A DNA stretch of 43,923 nt from an uncultured Pseudomonadales bacterium (GTDB taxonomy: Bacteria; Patescibacteriota; Microgenomatia; UBA1400; PJMF01), in the NCBI GenBank assembly GCA_964570775.1, contig CAZMZI010000002.1, positions 1 through 43,923 of the forward strand, given 5' to 3'. Below the pieces are notes generated by a model that was given only the letters and a program-made list of their open reading frames with translations, did no database searches and had not been told where the DNA came from. The translations under genes and the position numbers were made by a program. Shown here one piece after another: positions 26,360 through 38,198 of the stretch (positions within the stretch are counted from its first letter, which is position 1; each line of letters begins with the position of its first letter).

Positions 26360-27556
26360 TTATTTAATAACTTTTGTTATTGCACCAGCACCAATGGTGT
26401 GACCACCCTCGCGGATAGCAAATCGCAATCCCTCATGGAGTGCAACTGGAACAATAAGCTTTGCTGACATTTTAGCGTTGTCACCTGGCATAACCATTTC
26501 GACACCAGCTGGAAGTTGGATTTCTCCAGTCACGTCAGTAGTTCTGATGTAGAACTGTGGTCTGTAACCTGGGAAGAATGGCTTGTGACGACCACCTTCT
26601 TCTTTAGTTAAGATATACACTTCAGCTTCGAACTCGGTGTGAGGTTGAGCTGAACCAGTCTTAGCCAAAACTTGGCCGCGTTCAACACCTTCTTTATCAA
26701 CACCACGAAGCAAGATACCAACGTTGTCGCCAGCTTCACCTCTATCAAGAAGTTTGCGGAACATTTCAACACCAGTAACTGTTGTTTTGCTTGTTGGTCT
26801 GATACCAACCATTTCAACTTCTTCACCAACTTTAACAACACCAGATTCAATACGACCGGTAACAACTGTTCCTCTACCTTTAATTGAGAAAACGTCCTCA
26901 ATTGGCATAAGGAATGGTTTGTCGAGATCACGAACTGGGTCTGGGATGTATGAGTCAACAGTATCCATGAGTGCCATGACTTGCTTTTGAGCTTCAGCAT
27001 CACCTTCAAGTGCCTTAAGAGCACTTACTCTCAAAACTGGAGTTTCATCACCGTCAAAACCATACTTGGTAAGAAGCTCACGAACTTCCATTTCAACGAG
27101 ATCGAGTAACTCTGCGTCATCAACCATGTCACACTTATTAAGTGCAACAACAACTTTAGGAACGTTCACCTGCTTAGCAAGGAGAATGTGCTCACGAGTC
27201 TGTGGCATTGGACCATCAGTAGCAGCAACCACCAAAATTGCACCGTCCATCTGAGCTGCACCAGTGATCATGTTCTTGATGTAGTCAGCGTGACCTGGAG
27301 CGTCGATGTGAGCGTAGTGTCTCTTAGCTGTTTCATACTCAATGTGTGAAATGTTAATGGTAACACCACGAGCAGCTTCTTCTGGAGCGTTATCAATATC
27401 TCCATAGCCCATTGCTTTATTAATGTTAGACTTCACATGTGCAGCCAATGTTGTTGTAATTGCTGCGGAAAGTGTTGTCTTTCCATGGTCAACGTGACCA
27501 ATAGTACCAATATTTACGTGCTTTTTGTCACGTACAAATTTTGTTGCATCTGCCAT
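26360..27556 (-). CDS. tuf: Elongation factor Tu
   Basis: [18 protein letters not shown]...DAPGHADY...NKCD. Perfect AGGAGG lies 6 nt upstream of the ATG. Confidence 0.99.
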   Translation of the reverse strand: MADATKFVRDKKHVNIGTIGHVDHGKTTLSAAITTTLAAHVKSNINKAMGYGDIDNAPEEAARGVTINISHIEYETAKRHYAHIDAPGHADYIKNMITGAAQMDGAILVVAATDGPMPQTREHILLAKQVNVPKVVVALNKCDMVDDAELLDLVEMEVRELLTKYGFDGDETPVLRVSALKALEGDAEAQKQVMALMDTVDSYIPDPVRDLDKPFLMPIEDVFSIKGRGTVVTGRIESGVVKVGEEVEMVGIRPTSKTTVTGVEMFRKLLDRGEAGDNVGILLRGVDKEGVERGQVLAKTGSAQPHTEFEAEVYILTKEEGGRHKPFFPGYRPQFYIRTTDVTGEIQLPAGVEMVMPGDNAKMSAKLIVPVALHEGLRFAIREGGHTIGAGAITKVIK

Positions 27557-27637
27557 ATATGCCTCCTACTTTATTTATTCCAAACTCTTACTAACGAGTC
27601 TTCATTGTACTATGTTTACTCTCCACCTGTCACCCTG

Positions 27638-29770
27638 TTATCGAACTTTTTGTTCATCAATAATTTTTTGAGTGATATTTTGTGGAACAATATCGTAATG
27701 ACTTGGAAGCATCACCGATGATGCTCTTCCCTTGGTCATACTTCGAAGAATTGTAACATAGCCTTGCATCTCAGCCAATGGGGCGAGTGCCTTGATAATA
27801 ACTACGTTACCTCTGTTCGATGTTCCTTGAATTTGTGCTCTACGTGAACCCAAGTCTCCAATAACATCTCCCATGTATTCTTCTGGTGTTGTAACTTCAA
27901 CCTGCATAATTGGTTCGAGAAGAACCATACCTGCTCTAGAAGTTGCATCTCTCATTGCTAAAGAACCAGCCATCTTAAATGCAAGTTCGTTAGAGTCAAC
28001 TTCATGATATGAACCATCATATAAGGTTGCTTGTACGTCAACCATTGGGTAACCTGCTAAGAATCCACGCTCAAGTGATTCTTGCATACCTTTGTCAGTT
28101 GGTGTGATGTATTCACGTGGAACAGTACCTCCAGTGATCTCATTAACAAACTCATATCCTAAGCCTCTATCTCTTGGAGCAATTCTGATCATGACATGAC
28201 CATACTGTCCACGGCCACCACTTTGCTTAATGTACTTACCTTCACCTTCTGCAGCTTTGGTAATTGCTTCGCGGTACGCAACTTGAGGTGCGCCAATGTT
28301 GGCCTCAACCTTAAACTCGCGCTTCATACGATCAACCAAAATCTCCAAGTGCAACTCACCCATACCACCAATAATGGTTTGTCCGGTATCTGGGTTTGAT
28401 TTAATTGCAAAGGTTGGGTCTTCTTCAGAAAGTTTTGCCAAAGCCATACCCATCTTTTCTTGGTCAGACTTTGTTTTTGGTTCAATTGCTAAAGAGATAA
28501 CCGGTTCTGCAAACGTAATTCCCTCAAGAACAATAGGAAATTCTTGATCACAAACAGTATCACCTGTTTTAGTACTCTTTAAGCCAACTAATGCCACGAT
28601 TTCACCTGCACGAGCTTCAGTAATTTCTTCACGCTCATTTGCGTGCATAAGTAAAATGCGACCAACACGTTCTTTTTCACCACGAACTGAGTTATAAATA
28701 TAACTACCAGCTTTGATAACTCCAGAGTAAACACGTGTATACGTAAGTTTACCAACGTGTGGGTCAGTTTGAATCTTGAAGGCTAAACCACTCATTTTTT
28801 CTTCCGGACGAAGAGCTCTTGTAACTTCTTCTTTTGTCTTTGGGTTTTCACCAGTAATGTGATCAACGTCAACTGGAGAAGGAAGGTATTCAACAACAGC
28901 GTCAAGCATTGGTTGCACACCGGTGTTTTTGAGTGATGAACCTGCAAAAACAGGTACCAGTTTGTAACTAATAACCGCCCTTCTCAGAGCAGCTTTTAGT
29001 TCATTGATACTCATTTCCTCACCAGCAAAATACTTTTCGAGCAATGCATCATCAGTTTCTGCAATAGCTTCAACTAAAGTTGCACGAAGCTCTTCAACCT
29101 TCTGGGCATACTCTGCAGGAATTTCTCGAACTTCTGGTTCGGTGTCTGCAGCATTATCTTTCCAGTACAGTGCTTTTCTTTCAAGTAATTGAATGGTACC
29201 TCTAAAATCAATTTCAGAACCCATTGGCAATACCATTACGGCTGGAGTCACGCCAAATTTTGTCTTTACATCTTCAATTGTTGCAAAGAAATCCGCACCA
29301 AGCTTATCCATCTTGTTGATGAACACAATACGTGGCACTTTATACTTGTCTGCTTGTCTCCACACCGTCTCTGACTGAGACTGCACACCTTCTGAGGCGT
29401 CAAGAACGGTCACACCACCATCAAGCACACGAAGACTACGCTCTACTTCTGCAGTAAAGTCGACGTGTCCTGGAGTATCAATGATATTAAAACGATACTG
29501 TGCTTTTTCTAAATGTGTATCAAAGTGAGGGGTCCAAAAGGTTGTGGTTGCAGCAGACACGATAGTAATTCCACGCTCCTGCTCTTGTTCCATCCAGTCC
29601 ATGGTTGCAGCACCTTCGTGCACTTCACCAATTTTGTAGGTTCTACCAGTGAAATACAAAATACGCTCAGTGGTAGTAGTTTTGCCAGCATCAATATGCG
29701 CAATAATACCAATATTCCTAATTCTTTGAAGTGGAATCTTATTTCTATTTGCGTTTTGATCTGTTGCCAT
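27638..29770 (-). CDS. fusA: Elongation factor G
   Basis: [26 protein letters not shown]...[10 protein letters not shown]...NKMD. GAGGAG Shine-Dalgarno element upstream. Confidence 0.99.
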   Translation of the reverse strand: MATDQNANRNKIPLQRIRNIGIIAHIDAGKTTTTERILYFTGRTYKIGEVHEGAATMDWMEQEQERGITIVSAATTTFWTPHFDTHLEKAQYRFNIIDTPGHVDFTAEVERSLRVLDGGVTVLDASEGVQSQSETVWRQADKYKVPRIVFINKMDKLGADFFATIEDVKTKFGVTPAVMVLPMGSEIDFRGTIQLLERKALYWKDNAADTEPEVREIPAEYAQKVEELRATLVEAIAETDDALLEKYFAGEEMSINELKAALRRAVISYKLVPVFAGSSLKNTGVQPMLDAVVEYLPSPVDVDHITGENPKTKEEVTRALRPEEKMSGLAFKIQTDPHVGKLTYTRVYSGVIKAGSYIYNSVRGEKERVGRILLMHANEREEITEARAGEIVALVGLKSTKTGDTVCDQEFPIVLEGITFAEPVISLAIEPKTKSDQEKMGMALAKLSEEDPTFAIKSNPDTGQTIIGGMGELHLEILVDRMKREFKVEANIGAPQVAYREAITKAAEGEGKYIKQSGGRGQYGHVMIRIAPRDRGLGYEFVNEITGGTVPREYITPTDKGMQESLERGFLAGYPMVDVQATLYDGSYHEVDSNELAFKMAGSLAMRDATSRAGMVLLEPIMQVEVTTPEEYMGDVIGDLGSRRAQIQGTSNRGNVVIIKALAPLAEMQGYVTILRSMTKGRASSVMLPSHYDIVPQNITQKIIDEQKVR

Positions 29771-29811
29771 ACTCTTGCTCCTCAGTTTATTACTGTATTT
29801 GCTAAACCCAA

Positions 29812-29835
29812 GAAAAAGCCCCTAAGGACTTTTTC
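29812..29835 (-). promoter_or_regulatory. Intra-operon stem-loop between rpsG and fusA
   Basis: On the minus strand: GAAAAAGUCC-UUAG-GGGCUUUUUC, a 10-bp stem with one G-U pair. It is followed by UUGGGUUU, so it looks like an attenuator or processing signal. Confidence 0.3.
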
Positions 29836-29860
29836 TGCATCGAATGCTACCAAAACTTCT

Positions 29861-30337
29861 CTACCATCTAAAGTGTGAGAAAGCCTTGTTTGCTTCGGCC
29901 ATACGATGCGAAGTATTGCGCTTGTTGATTGCGCCACCTTGCTCACTTAAAGCGTCAACCATTTCGGCGACTAACTTTTCTGCGAATGTATGGTACTGCT
30001 TACTTGAACGGTTATTTGCCTCAAGTACCAACCAACGAAGTGCTAAAGCAAAGCCTCTTCTTGGTCTAACTGGCATTGGAACTTGATACGCTGCTCCACC
30101 AACTCTGCGGGAACGAACTTCCATTTGAGGTGTGACAATGCGGATAACTTCTTCAAAAGCATCAAGTGGCTTCTTTTTAGTGGCCTCAGCTAATGCCTCA
30201 AGTGCTAAGTATACCTGTTTTTGTGCAACAGACCTTTTGCCATCTTTCATGGCATAGTTAACGAGTTTTGCAATCTTAACTGAACCATACTTGCTGTCTG
30301 GTTCAACTTTTCTGATTGGGGCTTTTTTAGTTCTCAT
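29861..30337 (-). CDS. rpsG: 30S ribosomal protein S7
   Basis: PDSKYGSVKIAKLVNYAMKDGKRSVAQK...VRSRRVGGAAYQVP...ends AFSHFRW. Confidence 0.97.
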   Translation of the reverse strand: MRTKKAPIRKVEPDSKYGSVKIAKLVNYAMKDGKRSVAQKQVYLALEALAEATKKKPLDAFEEVIRIVTPQMEVRSRRVGGAAYQVPMPVRPRRGFALALRWLVLEANNRSSKQYHTFAEKLVAEMVDALSEQGGAINKRNTSHRMAEANKAFSHFRW

Positions 30338-30391
30338 GATATTTTCTTCTCCATTTGAATCAAATGAATACTTTCATGTGTGATGTTGCGA

Positions 30392-30802
30392 CTATGGACG
30401 CTTAACACCATACTTACTACGACTTGTTTTTCTGTTTGAAACACCAGCACAGTCATACTTACCACGAATGATGTGATACTTCACACCAGGTAAGTCTTTG
30501 ACTCTACCACCACGGATGAGCACCACACTGTGTTCTGCTAAGTTGTGGCCTTCACCTTGAATATATGCTGTCACTTCCATTTTATTGGAGAGACGCACAC
30601 GAGCAACTTTACGAAGAGCAGAGTTAGGTTTCTTAGGAGTCATTGTCTTAACCACAGTACACACACCACGTTTTTGTGGGTTGCGTGTTGAAACAGACTG
30701 AGTTGTGTTCGAGTTATAACTGCGACGTAAAGCCGTAGCCTTCACACGTTTAGGGTTTGACCTTCTTCCGCCTTTTCGAATAAGTTGATTAATTGTTGGC
30801 AT
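30392..30802 (-). CDS. rpsL: 30S ribosomal protein S12
   Basis: [11 protein letters not shown]...[30 protein letters not shown]...[13 protein letters not shown]. Confidence 0.98.
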   Translation of the reverse strand: MPTINQLIRKGGRRSNPKRVKATALRRSYNSNTTQSVSTRNPQKRGVCTVVKTMTPKKPNSALRKVARVRLSNKMEVTAYIQGEGHNLAEHSVVLIRGGRVKDLPGVKYHIIRGKYDCAGVSNRKTSRSKYGVKRP

Positions 30803-30838
30803 GTACTACTATTTCCTTCTACTTTTTCGTGAACGCTG

Positions 30839-30847
30839 ATTATATCA
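30839..30847 (-). promoter_or_regulatory. Extended -10 promoter candidate (TGaTATAAA) upstream of rpsL
   Basis: The minus strand reads TGATATAAA (30847..30839), about 37 nt upstream of the rpsL ATG. I found no convincing -35 element. Confidence 0.3.
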
Positions 30848-30854
30848 CAAGCTA

Positions 30855-30883
30855 GAGGATAACTGACAGGGTCAGTTATCCTC
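30855..30883 (-). promoter_or_regulatory. Perfect 13-bp hairpin directly downstream of rpoC
   Basis: gaggataactgac (30855..30867) pairs with gtcagttatcctc (30871..30883), with a 3-nt loop. No U tract follows on the minus strand, so it is not a canonical intrinsic terminator. Confidence 0.4.
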
Positions 30884-30895
30884 CAACTGTTCGCA

Positions 30896-33800
30896 TTACA
30901 CTTCTATTTGTGCTCTTTCTTTACTGGTTGGGATTAAGCGACCAATGATAACGTTTTCTTTCAAGCCCTCGAGGTAATCAATTGCACCAGATGCAGCGGC
31001 ATCAGTTAACACATTCTTAGTGTGTTGGAATGATGCTGCAGACAACCATGAAGTAGTGAAGAGTGATGAGCGGGTAATACCAAGGAACAACACTTTAGCT
31101 GTTGCTGGTTCACCACCTGCAGCCATAACTTCATCATTTACTTCAATAAACTTGTTGCGTTCTGTTACCTCACCGGTTAAGAAGTCTGTGTCACCAGATG
31201 ATTCAATCTGCACTTTGTCACTCATCTTGCGAAGAATAACTTCAAAGTGCTTGTCATGAATAGGAATACCTTGTGACTCATACACAGCTTGGACCTGATC
31301 GATAACATACTTCTGGGCAACTAATAAACCGCCAACTTGCATTAACTCTTTACTGTTAATAGAGCCAGCAGTAAGTTGTTGTCCCACAGTAACTAGATCA
31401 CCATTTGCAACTTCGAGTTGTGTGTTTTCCGCCACCGTGTAGATTGCTTCTTCAACTGGAGCACTGGTTGTACGAACTCTCAGTTCAAGCTTACCTTCTT
31501 CGTTAGTGATGGTAACCTTACCAGATACCTCAGAAATGATTGCTTGTGTCTTTGGTGTTCGAGCTTCGAGGAGTTCTTCGACACGAGGTAAACCTTGAGT
31601 CACGTCACCACCCACGATACCACCCTTGTGCTTAGTACGCATAGTAAGCTGAGTACCAGGTTCACCAATTGACTGTGCAGCAACGATACCAACTGGTACA
31701 CCAATCTCAATCTCTTTTCTGGTACTAAAGTCCCAACCGTAACACTTAGCACACATTCCCTTTGGAGCTTCACAGGTTAAAGGAGAGAACACTGCAACAC
31801 TGTCAATTTCTGCAGCATCAATACTTTGTGAAAGTTCAGCAGTAAGAACATCACCTGCTTTAGCTAACACCTTAGCTCCCTTTTTGACATCTTGAGCTAA
31901 GTATCTACCCACAATTCTTGTTGCAAATACGTCACTTCTACCAGCTCTTGAAATATCGATGTGTTTGTTTGTGCCACAGTCCTGTAAGCGGATGATGACA
32001 TCATGAGCAACGTCACAAAGTCTTCGAGTAAGGTATCCAGCGTCTGCAGTTTTAATAGCAGAGTCTGTAAGACCTTTTCTAGAACCACGAGCTGAAGTCA
32101 CATACTCAAAAATTGTTAAGCCCTCACGGAAGTTAGACTTCGTTGGCATTTCCACAATATTACCAAGTGGGTCAACGACAAGTCCACGCATAGCAGCAAG
32201 CTGCTTAACTTGGTCTTTAGATGCACGGGTACCACCAGATTCAATAATCACTTTAACTGCATTACTTTCATGGTATGACTTCCATGTCTTTTCTGCAATT
32301 TCGTCTGTTGTAGCAATCCATACGTCAAAAGCAAGCTTCTTGCGTTCTTCACCAGAGATCATACCTTCAAAGTACTGTTCTTGGATGTTTTCCACTTGTT
32401 TGTTTGCTTTAACAATAATCTCTGCCTTTTCTTCAATCATTTCACAGTCTGAAACAGATACGGACAAACCAGAAACAGTTGCAGCTTTAAAACCAAGATC
32501 TTTGATAGCGTCAATAAGTGGTGCAATGGTTTCATTAGCATCATTCTTGATTGCATCAGTAACGATAGTCTTAATCTTCTTTGCAGTGATTGCTTCATTC
32601 ATGTAAGGCAATCCAGCTGGAAGCAAGTCATTGAACTCTAAGCGACCAACTGTTGTCTCTACAATTTCACCAGTACTAATACGTACGGATATTAACTGTC
32701 GTAACTGAATCATGCGAATTTGGTAAGCATGATATGCCTCTTCTTTTGAAGCAAAGATTGTTGGGAACTTTTCAAGACCTGTATCAAGCACGGTGTGGTA
32801 GTACGTACCCATAGCCATTTCCTTGTTTGGAATGGTAATAGGTTCACCATTTGCTGGCTTAAGTAAGTTCTTGGTTGCCATCATTAAGTCACATGCTTCT
32901 TGTTGAGCTTCTTTGGTTAACGGAACGTGAACAGCCATTTGGTCACCGTCAAAGTCAGCGTTATACCCTGAACATACAGCTGGATGTAAGCGAATAGCGT
33001 TTCCCTCAATAAGAATAGGGAAGAAAGCCTGCATACCCAACTTGTGAAGTGTAGGAGCACGGTTAAGGATAACTGGATGATTCTGGGTTACTTCCTCGAG
33101 AATACCGTACACAACTGGCTCTCTTCTATCAATAAGATGACGAGCACTCTTAACATTTGGAGCGGTTCCTTTGGTTATAAGTTCACGAAGCACATATGGC
33201 TTGAAAATTTCAAGAGCCATGTCTTTTGGCAAACCACACTCATTAAGTTTAAGCTCTGGACCCACCACGATAACTGAACGACCAGAATAGTCAACGCGTT
33301 TACCCAATAAGTTTTGGCGGAAACGACCTTGCTTACCCTTCAACATTTCTGAAAGGGATTTGAGTGGTCTTCTGTTGGTTCTTCTTCGAGATTGTCGTGC
33401 ACCACTACTGTCGATTAATGAATCAACAGCTTCTTGGAGCATACGTTTTTCGTTACGTAAAATAATCTCTGGAGCACCTAAATCAATGAGGTGTTTAAGA
33501 CGATTATTACGGTTGATAACTCTGCGATACAAGTCATTAAGGTCTGAGGTTGCAAATCTACCACCAGATAGCTGGACCATAGGTCTGAGGTCTGGAGGAA
33601 TGACTGGTAAGATAGACATGAACATCCACTCAGCTTCAATTGCAGCCTTGCGAAGTCCTTCAACTACTCTCAGTCTCTTAACAGCTTTAAGTCTCTTTGC
33701 GCCTTTGCTTTCTGCCATTTCATCACGGAGCTTGTCTACAAGTACGTCAAGATCAATAAGCTTAACCATCTCTAAGATAGCTTCTGCACCCATGCCTACA

Positions 33801-34582
33801 CGTAAATGATCAATGGCATCATACTCATCAAGCTTAAGGTATTCATCTTCAGTAAGAATAGTGCCACGGCTGATCTTCTTAACCATAGACTTCACTTGCT
33901 TAAAGATTTCTTCTGTCTGCTCGAGTTGTACTTCTAACTGTTGTTTGAGTCCAACAAGTTTGTTCTTTGCCTTAAGATCAAGCTCAGTCACCTTAAGTTG
34001 CATGGTCTCTTTATTAGTGACCTTTTCCTTGAGGTTCTCTTTTTCCTTAATCAGAATATCTTTGATGTCTTCCATCTGCTTCTTACTTGCAGCCTTAAGT
34101 TCATCTTGTGCAGCTACTAAGTCAACATCAAGTCTCTCAACAATTTCAACTTTTTCTTCTGCTTCAACATCAAGTACTAAGTACTTTGAGAAGTAAATGA
34201 TAGAGTTAAGGTTTCTTGGTGAGATATCAAGCAAGAGGGATAATTTAGATGGAGCACCCTTAAAGTACCAGATGTGCGCAACAGGAGCTGCGAGTGTAAT
34301 GTGACCCATGCGTTCTCGACGAACCTTTGCTTGAGTAACTTCAACACCACACTTGTCACAGATAATACCTTTATAACGAATGCGCTTGTACTTACCACAG
34401 TAACACTCGTAGTCTTTGATAGGACCAAAGATTTTTTCGTCAAATAAACCATCTTTTTCTGCCTTCAGCGAGCGATAGTTGATGGTTTCAGGTTTTCTGA
34501 CCTCTCCATGAGACCAAGATTTGATTGTATCTGGTGAAGCAATCCTAATTTCTAAAGCTGAAAAGTTTGTAATGTTTCCCAT
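30896..34582 (-). CDS. rpoC: DNA-directed RNA polymerase beta-prime subunit
   Basis: Zn-finger [23 protein letters not shown], catalytic [14 protein letters not shown], bridge-helix and trigger-loop regions. 1228 aa. Confidence 0.99.
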   Translation of the reverse strand: MGNITNFSALEIRIASPDTIKSWSHGEVRKPETINYRSLKAEKDGLFDEKIFGPIKDYECYCGKYKRIRYKGIICDKCGVEVTQAKVRRERMGHITLAAPVAHIWYFKGAPSKLSLLLDISPRNLNSIIYFSKYLVLDVEAEEKVEIVERLDVDLVAAQDELKAASKKQMEDIKDILIKEKENLKEKVTNKETMQLKVTELDLKAKNKLVGLKQQLEVQLEQTEEIFKQVKSMVKKISRGTILTEDEYLKLDEYDAIDHLRVGMGAEAILEMVKLIDLDVLVDKLRDEMAESKGAKRLKAVKRLRVVEGLRKAAIEAEWMFMSILPVIPPDLRPMVQLSGGRFATSDLNDLYRRVINRNNRLKHLIDLGAPEIILRNEKRMLQEAVDSLIDSSGARQSRRRTNRRPLKSLSEMLKGKQGRFRQNLLGKRVDYSGRSVIVVGPELKLNECGLPKDMALEIFKPYVLRELITKGTAPNVKSARHLIDRREPVVYGILEEVTQNHPVILNRAPTLHKLGMQAFFPILIEGNAIRLHPAVCSGYNADFDGDQMAVHVPLTKEAQQEACDLMMATKNLLKPANGEPITIPNKEMAMGTYYHTVLDTGLEKFPTIFASKEEAYHAYQIRMIQLRQLISVRISTGEIVETTVGRLEFNDLLPAGLPYMNEAITAKKIKTIVTDAIKNDANETIAPLIDAIKDLGFKAATVSGLSVSVSDCEMIEEKAEIIVKANKQVENIQEQYFEGMISGEERKKLAFDVWIATTDEIAEKTWKSYHESNAVKVIIESGGTRASKDQVKQLAAMRGLVVDPLGNIVEMPTKSNFREGLTIFEYVTSARGSRKGLTDSAIKTADAGYLTRRLCDVAHDVIIRLQDCGTNKHIDISRAGRSDVFATRIVGRYLAQDVKKGAKVLAKAGDVLTAELSQSIDAAEIDSVAVFSPLTCEAPKGMCAKCYGWDFSTRKEIEIGVPVGIVAAQSIGEPGTQLTMRTKHKGGIVGGDVTQGLPRVEELLEARTPKTQAIISEVSGKVTITNEEGKLELRVRTTSAPVEEAIYTVAENTQLEVANGDLVTVGQQLTAGSINSKELMQVGGLLVAQKYVIDQVQAVYESQGIPIHDKHFEVILRKMSDKVQIESSGDTDFLTGEVTERNKFIEVNDEVMAAGGEPATAKVLFLGITRSSLFTTSWLSAASFQHTKNVLTDAAASGAIDYLEGLKENVIIGRLIPTSKERAQIEV

Positions 34583-34594
34583 AGTCAGTTCTCC

Positions 34595-37500
34595 TTATGC
34601 TTCATCTTCCTCAGTAGTTTCTAACTCGTCCACTGGAATCTCAGTGACTTCAGCCGGCACAATCTCAATCTCATCAGTATCTGGCTCAACTGTTTCTTCA
34701 ATTCCAGCTGCAGCCTCTAGCTCTGCCATCTCTTCTGGAGTGATCTCAACTTTTTCTTCTACCACTTCTTCGAGCACTGCTTCATGTGGAACAACATCAA
34801 TACCAAGTGAGTTAAGTTCACGCATTAACACTCTAAATGATTCTGGAACTGTTGGAGCTGGAATATCCAAACCCTTCACAATTGCTTCGAATGCCTTTGC
34901 TCTACCCATCACGTCGTCAGACTTAATGGTAAGCATTTCTTGGAGAATGTGTGCTGCTCTGTGTGCTTCAAGTGCCCAGACTTCCATTTCTCCCAAACGC
35001 TGTCCACCCATCTGAGCTTTACCACCCAAAGGTTGTTGCGTAACTAAAGAGTATGGACCGGTTGAACGTGCGTGCATCTTATCTTCCACCATGTGTGAAA
35101 GTTTTAGGATATAGCCAATACCAACGGTTGTCTCTTCACCAAATTGTTCACCAGTTCTACCATCATAGAGTTGTGCTTTACCAGAAACTGGCAAACCAGC
35201 TCTTTCAAGCTCATTCCAGATTCTACTTTCTTCAAACTTCTCGAAAGCTGGGACAGCAATGGTGTAACCCAATTTAGAAGCTGCCCAACCTGCATGAGCT
35301 TCGAACAACTGTCCAAGGTTCATACGTGCAAGCACTGAGAGTGGAGAAATAATAATGTCTACTGGAGTACCATCTTCTAAGTGTGGCATGTCTGCTGAAG
35401 GAACAATTTTAGAAATAACACCCTTGTTACCGTGGCGTCCTGCCAACTTGTCACCAACTGTGATTTTTCGCAGCTGTGCTACTTTAACCGTCACTTCTTT
35501 AAGTGTACCTGGGTCGAGTTCATCACCAAGGTCACTATCAAGAATTTGTACATCAATGACAATACCTTGCTCACCATGTGGTAAACGAACTGAGGTGTCA
35601 CGAACTTCTCGAGACTTTTCACCAAAAATTGCTCTAAGCAATCTCTCTTCTGGAGTTAACTCGGTTTCACCTTTTGGAGCAATCTTACCTACCAAGATGT
35701 CACCAGCGGTAACAACACTACCAACTCGGATGATACCGTCTGGTGTAAGGTTTGAGAGATACACTTCAGAAACATTTGGAATGTCATTTGTAAGCTCTTC
35801 TGGGCCTAACTTAGTGTCCATTACTTTGGCTTTGTGTTCGTTAATTTGGATGGAAGTGAGTGTGTCATCCTTAACCAATCGGTCAGAGATCACAATAGCA
35901 TCTTCGTACCCTAAACCATCGAATGATGCATAGGCAATTAAAAGGTTTGTACCAAGTGAAAGTTCACCATGATCAGCTGAAGGACCATCAATAATGACGT
36001 CACCTTTCTTAATCTGGTCTCCCACTGACACAATTGGGGTTTGTGAGTAACAAGTACTTTGTGAAGTTCTGACAAACTTTTGAATAAAGTAGGTCTCTTC
36101 ATCACCAGTTACTTCTGAAATTTCATCTGCTACTGCATCTGTAAGCTTAGCTGCATCTGTTTTGGACAATGTAATGACAACCTTATTTGCATCAACATAA
36201 CTAACAGTACCTGCATGTCTTGCTTCAACAGTTCTTCCCATCGAAGTAGCAACTGAGCGTTCCATACCGGTTCCCACAATTGGAGCTTGAGGTCGCACCA
36301 ATGGAACAGCCTGACACTGCATATGGGTACCCATCAAAGCACGGTTAGCTTCGTCATGTGCAATGAAAGGAATAAGTGATGCTGAAGTACCAATAACTTG
36401 ACGTGGCACAACATCCATGTACTCAACTTCTTTAACACTACCTTCAATAAAGTTGTTCATGTAGCGCATTGGAATCCACTCACTTTGAATAACTCCCTTA
36501 GCATCAATATCAACACTTGCGTGAGTAATCTTGTAATCTTCTTCCTCGTCGGCTGAAAGGTACACAACTTCATCTTGCACAACCATCTCACCTTTAACTT
36601 CTTTAACAGTTCTGTATGGTGCTTCAAGGAATCCAAAGTCGTTTACTCTTGTGTACAAAGAAAGATAGGTTACCAAACCAATGTTTGGACCTTCTGGAGA
36701 ACGAACTGGGTCAATTCTAGAATACTGTGACGCGTTGATGTCACGCATTGAGAACGATGCACGCTCTCTAGTAACACCGCCAGTACCCATCACTGATAAT
36801 CTGCGAAGATTGTCAATTTCTGAAAGTGGATTTGTTTGATCAAGAATGGTTGATAATCTGTTTCTTCTAAAGAACTCAGAAATAGTAGCAATAAGAGGAC
36901 GAGCATTTACTAATGCTGCTGGAGTTAGCACCTCATCAGTCTTAGTTAGTGACATTTTTTCTCTGATTGATCGCTCTAATCTAATTAGCCCAATTCTGAA
37001 TGCTGAATCTTTAACCAACTCACCAATCTGACGAACACGTCTGTTACTCAAGTGGTCAATATCATCAAGTTTGCCAACACCATTTTGAAGTTTAATAAGG
37101 TAGGAAACGGTTGCTAAGATATCTTCTTTTGTTAAGATTGTGGTGTTTAAATCAACTGATAAACCCAAGCGTCTATTCAGTTTGTAACGACCAACTCTAT
37201 CTAAGTTGTAGCGTCGATCATCGAAGAAAAGCTGTTTAATATACTCGGTTGCATTATCAAGCACGGCTGGCTCACCAGGACGCATCTTTTCGTAAATTTC
37301 TATAAGAGCTTCTTCTCTTGTCTTCGAAACATCTTTTTGGATTGTGTTTTCAATAAGATCTAGTTGGTCAATGCCAATTGCTTCTGTAAGCGCTGCACGA
37401 ATTTCGTCATCGGTACTGTATCCAACTGCTCTAAGTAGTACGGTTACTGGCATCTTGCGACGTCTGTCAATTTTAACCGTAATGACATCACGCTTACCAA

Positions 37501-38011
37501 CACTTACTTCAATCCAAGAGCCACGTTTTGGTCGTAATTCTGCAGTGTAGAGACTTCTACCAGTTGCAGTATCAATTTCAGCACTGAATGATGCACCAGG
37601 GGCACGAACCAGCTGTGTAACAACTGCACGCTCAATACCATTCACCACAAACGTACCAATAGGAGTCATCTTTGGAATATCACCTAAGAAAACTTCTTGT
37701 TTTTGTTCTTCTCCCGTTTTCTTGTTAAGTAGTGATGCTTCAACGTATAAAGGCATGTCATACGTCACGCCTTTTGCTTTAGCTTGTTCAATTGTGTACT
37801 TTGGCTTACCAAAACGATATTCACCAAATGCTAAACGCCAGTTTTTGCCGGTGTAGTCAGAAATTCCTTGATCGCCGTTTACTTCAGTAAGCGACTGCTT
37901 GATACCTACAGTTAGAAAATGTTGGTAACTATCAAGCTGTAGCTTGACCAAGTCGAGCTCAGGAAGCACCTTATTTGTAAATCCCCAATTTTGGCGTGTT
38001 GTGTTAGACAT
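34595..38011 (-). CDS. rpoB: DNA-directed RNA polymerase beta subunit
   Basis: GRHGNKGVISKIVP, ...GGQRLGEMEVWALEA.... 1138 aa with a GGGAAGGGA purine-rich Shine-Dalgarno element upstream. Confidence 0.99.
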   Translation of the reverse strand: MSNTTRQNWGFTNKVLPELDLVKLQLDSYQHFLTVGIKQSLTEVNGDQGISDYTGKNWRLAFGEYRFGKPKYTIEQAKAKGVTYDMPLYVEASLLNKKTGEEQKQEVFLGDIPKMTPIGTFVVNGIERAVVTQLVRAPGASFSAEIDTATGRSLYTAELRPKRGSWIEVSVGKRDVITVKIDRRRKMPVTVLLRAVGYSTDDEIRAALTEAIGIDQLDLIENTIQKDVSKTREEALIEIYEKMRPGEPAVLDNATEYIKQLFFDDRRYNLDRVGRYKLNRRLGLSVDLNTTILTKEDILATVSYLIKLQNGVGKLDDIDHLSNRRVRQIGELVKDSAFRIGLIRLERSIREKMSLTKTDEVLTPAALVNARPLIATISEFFRRNRLSTILDQTNPLSEIDNLRRLSVMGTGGVTRERASFSMRDINASQYSRIDPVRSPEGPNIGLVTYLSLYTRVNDFGFLEAPYRTVKEVKGEMVVQDEVVYLSADEEEDYKITHASVDIDAKGVIQSEWIPMRYMNNFIEGSVKEVEYMDVVPRQVIGTSASLIPFIAHDEANRALMGTHMQCQAVPLVRPQAPIVGTGMERSVATSMGRTVEARHAGTVSYVDANKVVITLSKTDAAKLTDAVADEISEVTGDEETYFIQKFVRTSQSTCYSQTPIVSVGDQIKKGDVIIDGPSADHGELSLGTNLLIAYASFDGLGYEDAIVISDRLVKDDTLTSIQINEHKAKVMDTKLGPEELTNDIPNVSEVYLSNLTPDGIIRVGSVVTAGDILVGKIAPKGETELTPEERLLRAIFGEKSREVRDTSVRLPHGEQGIVIDVQILDSDLGDELDPGTLKEVTVKVAQLRKITVGDKLAGRHGNKGVISKIVPSADMPHLEDGTPVDIIISPLSVLARMNLGQLFEAHAGWAASKLGYTIAVPAFEKFEESRIWNELERAGLPVSGKAQLYDGRTGEQFGEETTVGIGYILKLSHMVEDKMHARSTGPYSLVTQQPLGGKAQMGGQRLGEMEVWALEAHRAAHILQEMLTIKSDDVMGRAKAFEAIVKGLDIPAPTVPESFRVLMRELNSLGIDVVPHEAVLEEVVEEKVEITPEEMAELEAAAGIEETVEPDTDEIEIVPAEVTEIPVDELETTEEDEA

Positions 38012-38093
38012 GAAAATCCCTTCCCTACTGTTGATTCCTTGACTTTGTACCGTGTCACTAGTTCGTTATACTTACTGTCAAAAGTTCGTGAGG

Positions 38094-38198
38094 CAGAAAA
38101 CGTGGCACCAGGTTTAACCCCGTTAATTTGTGTGCCACGAAAAATACAGAGAGGCACTCTGTGCTCTCCCTTTGTTACTTATTTGAAACCGAAGTTTC
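38094..38198 (-). promoter_or_regulatory. Structured segment of the 265-nt rpoB leader: a cUUCGg hairpin plus two terminator-like stem-loops
   Basis: On the minus strand, 5' to 3'. First, GAAAC-UUCG-GUUUC (38198..38185). Second, GAGAGCAC-AGA-GUGCcUCUC or the alternative ACAGAG-UGCCU-CUCUGU, followed by AUUUUU (38168..38141). Third, CGUGGCAC...UUAAC-GGG-GUUAA...GUGCCACG followed by UUUUCU (38139..38094). Confidence 0.35.

Noticed and set aside
34521-35933. Long plus-strand ORFs antisense to rpoB and rpoC (34521..35015 of 164 aa, 35355..35933 of 192 aa). Similar cases lie at 10484..10963, 20143..20625, 33360..33809 and 39549..40067.
   Set aside because: All lie entirely inside strongly conserved genes on the opposite strand. 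They have Ser/Thr/Leu-rich low-complexity translations typical of antisense shadow frames, and they lack Shine-Dalgarno elements and recognisable motifs.
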